Source: Tubulanus polymorphus (taxonomy: Eukaryota > Animalia > Nemertea). From it: a stretch of DNA of 64,000 nucleotides. Below the pieces are notes generated by a model. It did no database searches and was not told the DNA's origin. It worked only from the letters and a program-made list of their open reading frames with translations. A program made the position numbers and the translations under genes. The stretch covers positions 5,952,001 to 6,016,000 of the forward strand of contig NC_134035.1 of assembly GCF_964204645.1 (NCBI RefSeq), written 5' to 3'. Shown in pieces: positions 53,620 to 64,000 of this stretch. Numbering within the stretch: position 1 is the stretch's first letter; the number at the start of each line of letters is the position of its first letter.

Positions 53620-53895
53620 CCGCCTATCTGCCCGCATATGTGCCCATCAGCCTGAGGTGTGCCTGTCTGCTCGCATATGTGCCCATCAGCCTGAGGTGTG
53701 CCTGTCTGCCCGTATGTGCCCATCAGCCTGAGGTGTGCCTGTCTGCCCGTATGTGCCCATCAGCCTGAGGTGTGCATGTCTGCCCATTTGCCGGAGATGT
53801 GCCTGTCTGCCCGTATGTGCCCATCAGCCCGAGGTGTGCCTGTCCGCCTGTATATGTGCCCATCCACCCGAGGTGTGTCTGTCTACCCATATATG
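53620..53895. repeat. 37-39-bp minisatellite (~7 copies)
   Basis: GTGTGCCTGTCTGCCCGTATGTGCCCATCAGCCTGAG. Confidence 0.92.
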
Positions 53896-54349
53896 TCACT
53901 ACGTAGTTAGTTACTGTCGTCACCTCGCCGCCTGTCTGTATGTTTGTATATAGGTGTATATGTTATATCCAGATGTAGGTTTCATTTTAGCTTCGATGAT
54001 TGATCCATCGTTCTTGAAATAACTTCACTATTGATCCAACCCTCGTATATAAAATATTGGCAGGATGATACAATATAGTAATTCTGTGAAGTGGCTACGA
54101 TTGAAATCACGCCTGCAGTTCGTCCTATTTTTACGTAAGTCGTCTCATCTTCGCGGGATTGGATGAGATCGCATCCGCGCGATTCAATCTCTGTAAAATG
54201 AAAATAATTAATCCATCTGTTATTAACGTGATGAACTGAAATTTCATCTGATTGAAATTAGCCTCGCCGCGAAACCACTCGTCTCTCGTCTCGCTGTTTG
54301 TGTCTAGAACATTTAAACATGCACCACCACCCGGCTACAGTCACGACTG

Positions 54350-55083
54350 GGTGCCACTGAGCAGTGTGACTGAAACCAAAAGTGGTCTTAAATGTTAAGT
54401 TGTTAGATTGGTTTTGAACCAAAATTGACTTAGACTGGTCTTAAGTTGTTAGCTATAGAATTAAAAGAGCTTTGACTGGTATCGAAGTTGTTACATTGGT
54501 TATAGAACCAAAATGAACTTAGACTGGTCTTGAACCGTTTGTTAGGTTATAGAACAAAAATGGGCTCAAGTTGTTAGATTCTCTATGGAAACATGAGCTG
54601 AGATTGGTCTTAAGTTGTTAGATAGTTTATAGAACCAAAATGGACTCGGATTGGACTTAAGTTGTTGGGTAGGATGGAACCAAAATGAGCTTAGACTGGT
54701 CTTAGGTTGAAAGATCGGTTATAAAACTAAAAGTGCTTAGACTGGTCTTGAAGTTGTTAGTTTGGTGTTAGAACCAAACAGAGCTGAGACTGGTCTTAAG
54801 TTGTTAAATTGTCTATGGAACAAAAATAAGCTTAGACTGGTCTTAAGCTGTTAGATTAGCTATAGAACTAAAAGAGCTTAGACTGGTCTTGAAGTTTTTA
54901 GATTGACTATTGAACAAAAATTAGCTTAGACTGTTCTAAAGTTGTTACATTGGCAATAGTTCAAACATGATTTTGTGGGTTTGTTTTTAGATTGGTTACA
55001 GAACTTACTACAGATTAGCTATAGACATGTAAGATGGTCTTTGACTGGTCTTAAATCTAAGCTATGTCTACACAACAAACCCC
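54350..55083 (+). mobile_element. MITE family G with internal ~46-bp unit expanded to ~14 copies
   Basis: Decayed family G ends, CTG on both sides; tandem AGACTGGTCTTAAGTTGTTAGATTGGCTATAGAACTAAAAGAGCTT. Confidence 0.85.
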
Positions 55084-55291
55084 CTGATGATCAACAAGTG
55101 TTGAGGTTATTTTTCAGTCAATACAGTTGAAGCTGACTGTGTGTATGTGTGTGTGATAACAGACTCGGCTAATGAGTAATTCATGTTCTATCTGCACTGT
55201 ATTCAAGATGTTGTTTACATCAGAAAAAAACCGTTTACTATGATTAAATTTCATCTTAGCTCTGTCATTCAGGCACCTCATGCTGGACCTC

Positions 55292-55728
55292 TCGGTTTGG
55301 GCCTACCTTATACTGGGTTGGACCTATCCGATCTTGGGCTGGACCTACCCTTTCTGGGGTTGGACCTACCCTATATTGAGTTGGACCTAGCCTATCTCAG
55401 GTTGGACCTACCCTATTTCGGATTGGACCTACCCTATCTCGGATTGGACCTACCCTATACTGGGTTGGACCTATCCTATCTTGGGCTGGACCTACCCTTT
55501 CTGGTGTTGGACCTACCCTATATGAGTTGGACCTAGCCTATCTCGGGTTGGACCTACCTTATCTCTGGTTGGACCTACCCTATTTCAGGTTGAACCTACC
55601 CTATCTCGGATTGGACCTACCCTATCTCAGGTTGGACCTACCCTTTCTGGGGTTGGACCTACCCTTTCTGGGGTTGGACCTACCCTATTTCGGGTTGGAC
55701 CTACCCTATCTCGAGTTGGACCTACCTT
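55292..55728. repeat. 21-bp minisatellite (~21 copies)
   Basis: TTGGACCTACCCTATCTCGGG. Confidence 0.95.
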
Positions 55729-56317
55729 GTACATACAGGTTTCGTTTGTTCGAATTCTTTTACTTGAAACGGTTGAATTCTAATATCGAACTGAACTGAA
55801 AACAACCAAAACCAATATTTGAGTGAACTGAGTAAAAAAAAGGGTTCAATATCACCACTGATGAAATTCTCTCGAGTTAGTGTCAGAACGATGATATGAA
55901 ATCGCACACTTAGAATTAAAAATACGATATAGCTGAAACGTCGAATAAACTACTTGCTTTAGGAAACATTTCCGACATTATTTTCATTCTATTTTTGCGT
56001 CGTCGACTGAAGAAGTTTCCAGATATACAATCGGTATATGCAATCAAACCGTTTCCAGTACAATCTATTGGATGTTATATTATAGCAGGATTGTCAGCGT
56101 TAGCTTCAAACAATAGATAAGTGAAAATCCGATATTGTAGTTCGTTCATTCATTCATGGCGTAATTTGTATTTTATAACGAGCTGATGATAAATATTGGT
56201 TTCCCGTATAGACAAGTGTCTGTCTATAATTCAATTGAAGAAAAAAACCTACAATATTGAAGAAAAACTTATGAAAGTATTGACATTTCGACTGAATTCT
56301 TTGACAAACATAGTTCG

Positions 56318-56832
56318 AAAATGGCTCATAGAATTGAGTCACTACTCTCTAGTTTTCGAAAATGGCTTACAGAATTGAGTCGAAAAATCACTACTCTCAT
56401 AGTTTTGAAAATGGCTCATAGAATTGGGTCTAAACAGCACTACTCTCTTAGTTTTGAAAATGGCTCATAGAATTGAGTATAAACCTCACTACTCACTTAG
56501 TTTTTGCGAATGGCTCATAGAATTGAGTCAAAATGTCACTATTCTCTTAGTTTTTGAAAATGGCTCATAAAATTGAGTCTTAACGTCACTATTCTCTTAG
56601 TTTTTGAAAATGGCTCATAAAGTTGAGTCTTAACGTCACTATCCTCTTAGTTTTGAAAACGGCTCATAGAATTGAGTATAAACCTCACTACTCACTTAGT
56701 TTTTGCGAATGGCTCGTAGAATTGAGTCAAAATCTCACTATTTTCTTAGTTTTTGAAAATGGCTCATAAAATTGAGTCTTAACGTCACTACTCTCTTAAT
56801 TTTGAAAATGGCTCATAATTGAGTCTAAACCT
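56318..56832. repeat. ~49-50-bp minisatellite (~10 copies)
   Basis: AAAATGGCTCATAGAATTGAGTCTAAACCTCACTACTCTCTTAGTTTTG. Confidence 0.95.
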
Positions 56833-57364
56833 CATGAGTCTAAACACCTCCTGTTTTTATTCATAATTATGGGTTTTTTCTTCAATCAATGATAAATGTT
56901 GTATATTTTCTAGTCGTATGCGCCGCACCTTAACGTAGGTATCCGTTTTCCCGCAATAGAATCTAAAAACATTTCTTGTTATCGCGTAGGAGATCGGCGG
57001 AGTGAAACCGATGCTAATCGCGAAATCGAATCAGAAATTGTCGGGGGCTCGTCGCGTGGCCCGCGGGCGTTATACGGGTCACATATAAACTAACCAATAA
57101 TCCGCTGAAATTGTTTCTTATAAAGCCCGTTATCCAATAGAGTTTTCTCGCGTTGACTCGAAGGGAAATTATCCGTACGTAGATCGGGCTTTTATTACGC
57201 GTTTACGAATACGAACGCTTTCTCTCGCGATACTGGTCAGAACGTTCTCGTTTAAATGGCGAAGGCAACGCGTTGAAAAAGCTGTCGTACTTGGCGGGAA
57301 TACTTGCGGGGTTCATCGCAGACAGTATTCAATGAACGGTTGATCGGGTATTTCTGCAGTGCTG

Positions 57365-57708
57365 CATGGTTCCCGCAGAACAGGGAAATTGGGAAAAACT
57401 TATGAATTTTGAAATAATAATTCCCAGTTTGAAAATATTTGGGAATTTGAGAAATTTTCCTCGAATCAGGGAAATATTTTAGAAAATTCATTTACATTTC
57501 CCGTATTGCATCTGCCAAGGGCAACTTTCTTGGGCGATATCCATTGAAAATCACCTTTATCAACCAGTCACCACTAAAATGTTGACTGTAGCGTGATGGT
57601 ATTTGTTCATTTTTATGAAGGCCCCATTTTCCATTTGGGAAAATTGAAAAATCCCCATACTTGGGAAAAACCTGAGAATATTTGATTAATGTAATTTTGG
57701 AAACCATG
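57365..57708. mobile_element. hAT-like MITE with GGGAAA sub-repeats
   Basis: CATGGTTCCC / GGAAACCATG; flanks GTGCTG / TTGCTG (5/6). Confidence 0.55.
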
Positions 57709-58704
57709 TTGCTGATATCAATTAAGTTTGTGATTCATCATAATCAAACGACGTGATTGTCAAGAATCGGCAGAAAATAGTAATTGACAAAGTTACAAAA
57801 TGGAAATAACAAATAGTTACTGGAAAAAAGTACACATTATTTCAAACTATCAAAATTAATTAGATGCGATATTCGAAACCCAATTTAACATTCTTCTCCA
57901 GATTCATCAATTCCGATATACAACTCATATCATTAGAAATTCTATTTATATCATTAAAAAATCAGTTTACATCAACTGCACTCAATGGGTATCAGAGTCT
58001 GCGACCATTTCATTCAGTAACTATAGAGATAGATCAGTGAGTTAGTGTACGCTCCCCCTGCACCTCTCCCCCTCCCCTGCACCCTTTCCCCCCTCAGCGA
58101 CACTCCTGCCCAATACTTTTAACAACAATAATTGCCACTTTGTGATGTGAATATGAGTGTCATTTCTACCTTTACAGCCATTGTTTACAGGCTACGAATG
58201 AAACATTAGCGACATTATGCTACTCTTAACGATATGACGACTCCATCTGAATATGGCTTCCACGTCGGATTTAACTCTTAAAATATTTCAACAACGAGCT
58301 GCGTAATCTATAAATTATTGTTTACTATAGAGACACACGTTCTCACTGACAATTTATAGTTATTGACCGGCGATAGGAGAGACTTGAACGCATTAATTAT
58401 TAGTATTAGTCTGGGAACCTATCCACCCTCGGCTCAGGTCTCCGGATGTACTGACCATGGCATTTTTATTCACGGCTGGTTCTTAAAGAGCCTGTACGAG
58501 CCTGTACGGTGCATGTTAACAGATGAGGTTGTCTCATATCCTGAGGCTGGTAATTGACAACTGGGCTGTGATAGAGGACAGCAACTACTTGCCCACTTAC
58601 TTCTAATTTGGTCAGGTAATTAGATACTGATAGTGGGTTCCTTATAACTCTATATACAGCGAATGTGGACACATCAGACTACATACATGGACAGAGACTG
58701 GAGT

Positions 58705-58785
58705 GGTAGAGAATGTGAGAGGGAGTGTAGAGAATGTGAGAGGGAGTGTGGAGAATGTGAGAGGGAGCGGGGAGAATGTGAGATA
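58705..58785. repeat. 21-bp purine-rich tandem repeat
   Basis: GAGAATGTGAGAGGGAGTGT(A/G), about 3.5 copies. Confidence 0.85.
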
Positions 58786-59334
58786 CTGAAAGTAGTGGAA
58801 AACTGTGAGAGGAGAGAGAGAGGAAGGAGTGAGGCTGATGGGATGTGTGTATACTGGTATTGTGTGGGAGAAGGTGAGATTGTGAAAGGTAATTTGCGAA
58901 ACCGTGATTGGTTTATATAAAGCAGTGTTAAGTGTAGAAGATTGTGTTCTCTACATCAGTAAATTACTTGTCATTTCGATAACTACTTCGCGAACGCTAT
59001 GCACCAGAGTCGTTCTTTTTGGAAGACAGTGACTTGCGACAGACACGACGCGGAATTAAGATCGTGTTTGTGTGTGTTAAAGGTGTTTTTCCGCCGGGTG
59101 TAATTTACACCGCTGTTAACCGAGAGAGAACGAGATTAGCAATAAACACGTCTTCTCACGGGTTCCAGAACAAAAGACTTTGCTCGAACCATAGTCACGC
59201 TGATGGATTCGTACTTTAAGGATAGAACGTGTAGCGTCTTCCTTTCAAAGGATTTTCTGCATCTCAATACGGTGGATTACATATTACGTAACTCGCAAAA
59301 ATTATTAAGATGAAATAACAAAAATACTTGATTC

Positions 59335-59655
59335 CCTTCATGCGCTTTACTCTTAGCACCAGGTCTTCCCTCGACTCTACCTCTTGCATAGTCCCTTGCT
59401 CTACCACTAGCACTTCCCAGGTCTTTCCTTAACATTAACCCTCGCTTAATCCCTAGCAGCCCTAGATTGACCCCTTGCATGATCCCAGGTCTTCCATTTT
59501 TTCCCCTTGCTTAATTCCGGGTTTTCCCTATCATTATCCCTTGCTGGACTCCTAAAAGTACCCCGTGCTTAACACCTTGCTTAATCCTAGGTCTTCCCTT
59601 AACATTACCCCTTGCTTAACCCCTAGCAGTACCCCTTGCTTAACCCCTAGCACTA
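59335..59655. repeat. Degenerate ~24/36-bp tandem repeat
   Basis: CCCCTTGCTTAA(C/T)CCCTAG recurrences. Confidence 0.75.
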
Positions 59656-60458
59656 TCTCTAGCTCTAGCTCTCTATACCGTGTGCAAAACTACCAAATTA
59701 CTGATTGACGCGACACAACTTTTCTAATTGCTTTGCTAATAGCTAATATAACATGTTTGTATGTGTTGTTTCTATTAGCGATTCAGTATTTTGCACACTA
59801 GTATAATACGTTCATTAATGTCTCGACGGTAGGACAGCATTTCACATCAAAAACCTGCTACAGCAACTGCGCGCAAACACCGACGTACTTATTGCTCTTA
59901 TGTAATTGGCGTGCGTAGTTTTTGTCCAGTGGTAGAGAATAAAAATGCACCCATTCACTCTAAAATACCCGACCCCAAACCGGCAATGGCAAATATAAAC
60001 TCCTCATAAAAATCCAATCGAGCCAGTGTTGGAATATTTCCGGCAGGCTGTGCGTGGCTGTTGTACTCTTTAGGCTATCGAGAAATTGTTAATGGTCAGA
60101 ACTGGATTTTTATACGTATACGTCGATTGTAATAGCTTTATCTCAATTCAAGCATCAATCAACTCCTAAATGTTAATTACGTGTATTTCTATTTGATTTA
60201 TGCTTTAAAAACTTTACGTATATTGATAATAATGATGAAATTTCTTTTAAGGAGCATTACTAAAAATTGAAAATCAGTGCATATTATGCTATGCTTATGA
60301 AATTTGAATAAGCTGATAAGATATATGATTTAAAACAATTGATAGAAATGAGAATGAATATAAAGGTTTAGATTTTACACATGACTAAGATTAGTTGCAC
60401 TTACTGAACATGACAAGATTTTTTTAGAAAAATTTATTACCGCTACTGTAGATCTTAA

Positions 60459-61260
60459 GGCTGGCTTATGTCGACAAGCAACGCGACGCCTACCGACTCC
60501 TACCGACGCAACTGAGAGCAACCGCGATCGCAGCCCAGCTTATGTCGACTGCGCTCCGATTCGCAGCAACTGAGGCCAACTAGCGGGATACGAGATCCTC
60601 CCAGTTGCTTCCCTGCTTATGTTGGTTACGATTACTGGCTACTGCAACGGCTCAGATGGTCACGTGATAAGCATTTTGAGAATAAATTTGATTTATTTTG
60701 AATTATTGGGAAATATATTTCTATTAGAAAAGCTATTTCTTTAAGATCTTTATCTTTCTGATTCTGTTTTGAATGCAATGTGCTAGCGATATTATATAAA
60801 GATGGCCGCTCACACCATAATTCTACCAATTTCGCTTCTAGATCTTCGGTTCAGTCATCTGCTGTACTGAACGTTTGGTTAACGTTTCGAAATACTTGAA
60901 TTTGAAAGTTTATGACTAAATATGAATGACGCTAACTAGCGGTCATAATTTGTACTATGTATATGCGGTCTCTTATTGGCTGGAACCCTTGCGCTCAGTT
61001 CCGTCGCGTCGCAGATGAGCTAATGTCAGTTGCGATCGAAAGCAACTGTCCGCCTACCGTAGGCCGGAGTAGAACATGGGTAACTAGCCGGATACGGCTT
61101 GCGACAAGTCGGTAGACGGCAGGTTGCCGTCGCAAACCGGCTTATGTCGAACCGATAGAGCAGCAACTGGCGGCCTCTCGTAGGCCGCTAGTTGCCGCTA
61201 ATTGGCGATAAACCCAGTTGCGTCGGTAGGCGTCGCGTTGCTTGTCGACATAAGCCAGCC
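60459..61260 (-). mobile_element. Non-autonomous DNA transposon (PIF/Harbinger-like) retaining a MADF-domain remnant
   Basis: ~39-bp perfect TIR GGCTGGCTTATGTCGACAAGCAACGCGACGCCTACCGAC; TTAA on both flanks; internal minus-strand (*)TEDLEAKLVELWCERPSLYNIAS..HSKQNQKDKDLKEIA resembles MADF. Confidence 0.88.
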
Positions 61261-62929
61261 TTAAGTCGTCTTTAAAATCTAAACCTCAATATTATTCACG
61301 TGTGTTTTAAATTGACTAACTTTGAATTATCTTGTCAGCTCATTTTTATTATTATTTTATTTTATTTCAAAGATGAACGTGCTTATCAGCTGTTTATATG
61401 TAACACACCCGAGAACAAATCGATTTTTGTGCTTGAAACTGAAAAATGTGCTCTGTTGATCCTACTGGACCCGTGGTCCTTTATTACACACGCATGGCGT
61501 GATATGCGCTGATTATTTACGATTTTTAGGAATACGCTTTTCGAGAAATAAACTTTTCTAGAAAAAAAGGAGTTAATCGCGTCACGTTCGGTCAGCTCCG
61601 CCGATGTAAGCCGGGTTACGTTCTCTGGCAGTTGAATCGGTAGCGTATCCATCACATGTCGTAGCCGCCCGTGATATATCGGACCGCGAAACAGATTTTC
61701 AATTGATTCGCATAGATACAACGTGTTTAGATAATGAAGTTATTGTCTGTGAACACATGTTTATAACGCGTACTATAGGATTAGATCAATACGGAACTTA
61801 CTGATTAATCGTTAGAATAATCATTATGATTACTCAATACAGACAGCTGTCTGCTCACTCATCCCCTAACCTCCAATTTCTGACACGTCTATTCGTTCGT
61901 TTTCTCCATTGGTTTTTGTACCGAAATAGAGTTCTTGATTTTCTTTATTTGGTTTCGGTGTAGTGAGGGTTGGGGGCTGCCAGGGGGCGTCGGTATTGTA
62001 ATTCCATGGATATCGACACCTATGTGTATTTTGTAACCTCAATCAATTGCAAATAGCTCACGCCGAATTCTATCATTGCAAGATCATTGGTTTCTGTATA
62101 TGTTCACCAGGGGGCATTGGATATGTCAGATTGTCAAGCATTTCACACCAAGCGTACTGGGTGTCCCTGGACCCCTAGTTGCATATATCTACCCGATAGG
62201 CCTCGTAGCATAGAAGATATCTGAGTAATTGAGATCGCTCCATTTTTTTAGGCAAACACAGTTCCTGACGATGAGTGACGTTAGCTTTTAGACTATGATA
62301 ATACTCATGCAGTCTATCTTGAGAGTTCGCGTTGTTGAAAATGCATTAAAACGAAGACGGCGAAAATCTCATTTTCAAACGAGAAAAAATAAATCTATTG
62401 CCGCAAATGTTTGCTGAAGCTACATTTCCCCCTCTTCAGGCATATCCTCTCTTATACAGTTTACACTGACACAACGAAACTACTCCCACTGACGACTGGT
62501 ATTATTAGGATCGCATGGTTTATTGTCATCTTACCAGTCGGAATATAGATCAGACCATGACTGGCGACGGTTTTGATGACGATTGAAAAACAGCCGGTTT
62601 TTATTCGGTCGTTTAGAACGTCGAATGTGTCCGATTGGCTTCGAACGTCGAATCTCGTGCGGTCCCGGTCTCTTCCCGGAGGAAGTAAATGTGTTGATTC
62701 GTCGTGGTTTCTCCTAATTTGCGGCACGCGTGATCGATTACATAACGCCGCCGCTGCCCTTCATCCTGTCTCTATAGCTCACTTGTAGGAATAGAATTCT
62801 AGTAATTGGTCGTCGTCTCGCGGGGGGTGCGAGAGGTTGAACACATGTGATATGGCTATCAATGACGTGCTACTGGTGCGACACATCGTGCGACCAACCC
62901 CTGAGACTCACTTCAATCTAACCCTCAAT

Positions 62930-63320
62930 CCGTCCCTCCCTTCCTCCCCTATTTCCATTCCCTCCCACCTCCCCTCCATCCCTCCCTACTTCGCTCCATC
63001 ACTCCCACCTTCCCTCCTTCCTTCCCTCCCTGTGTCCCTCCCTTCATTTCCCTCCCTCCCTATTACCCCTGTCCCCTCCATCCCTCCCCGTTTCCCCTGT
63101 CCCTTCCACCCCTCCCTATTCTCTTCCATTCCCCCTCCCCCATCCCTCCATCCGTCCCTCCCTCTATCCCTCCCTCCCTCTATCCCTCCCTCCTTACTAT
63201 TCCCCCTGTCCCCTCCATCCCTCCCTCCACCCTTCCCTATTCCCCACCATTCCTCCCTCCCCTGTCCTTCCATCTGTTCCTCCATCCCTCCCTCCGTACC
63301 TCCATCCCTCCCTCCCACTT
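62930..63320. repeat. C/T-rich low-complexity (TCCC)n-like tract
   Basis: Degenerate TCCC/ATCC repeats. Confidence 0.95.
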
Positions 63321-64000
63321 CAATGTGACCTTACACATCTTAAACCCCCGACTGATGTCTGACATTATGAATGTAACTTTCAAATCCGAAATAGTTAAAA
63401 ACAACTTTGAAAAGACGAGGTTTTTTTTTCTTCAATTTTGACGCAATCGGCCGCTGGTTTCCAGTTAAGGGATGATCGATCATCAGATAATTGCCTAACA
63501 CGGAGGTACAACAGCATTAATTTAATATCCCCTGACGTCATACACACAGCGACGGTGTACACGAACCCCGTGGGGGTTTAAATATACGAGCCCCACGCGG
63601 GGCTTTAACGCTGCTTCACGAGTCGATTTCAACACTGATGAATTATTATACTTCTTATCTCATCGTTTCTTAACACCAAACATTCCGATGCCCCCTCGCC
63701 TAAATCCGGCAATCATATTTCATTCGCAGATCTTCGTTCCTCTTCGCGCGCGCGACTAATGTTTGTCTATGGAACGGTTCTGAGAGTAACTTTCTGTTCT
63801 CTCGGTGCACAAATTGTAACCACTGAATATACACAGCTGATATTTTGTCATAAGGAGGGAAATAGGTGTCGGAATTGATATGGAGAGTTTCAGGCATCAG
63901 CTCTAAGCTGGCAGGAAGTGCTGGGAGAAAATGTGCAAAAATTTCAATGAATTTTTCCCCTACTATTCGATGCTTGACCTTGTTTCTTGATGATGACATC

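Noticed and set aside
55183-55799. Leucine-rich ORFs with LDLPYLG heptads
   Set aside because: Translation of a 21-bp minisatellite; frame breaks midway, no convincing splice context

Overview
Eukaryotic (animal, probably marine invertebrate) genomic DNA, AT-rich and repeat-dense, with spliceosomal introns; no prokaryotic features or CRISPR. Two host genes are supported. (1) A complete 3-exon, 142-aa quiver/sleepless-type Ly6/uPAR GPI-anchored protein on the minus strand (13886-13826, 4946-4800, 2303-2083). (2) The 5' part of an LNX1/2-like RING E3 ligase on the plus strand (candidate non-coding exon 41251-41351, first coding exon 42267-42640), with no later exon recognised in the remaining 21 kb. 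The rest is mobile and repetitive DNA: a decayed CR1-type LINE (30.2-33.2 kb), a decayed intron-containing KDZ/Zisupton (HMGXB3-like) transposase gene (34.6-36.6 kb), two well-formed minimal hammerhead ribozymes in Penelope-like remnants (one about 340 bp upstream of the Ly6 gene start codon, same strand), many MITE families with readable TSDs (PIF/Harbinger-like, hAT/P-like, a 32-bp P-like miniature), and many mini/microsatellites. All calls are by eye; no database search was run.
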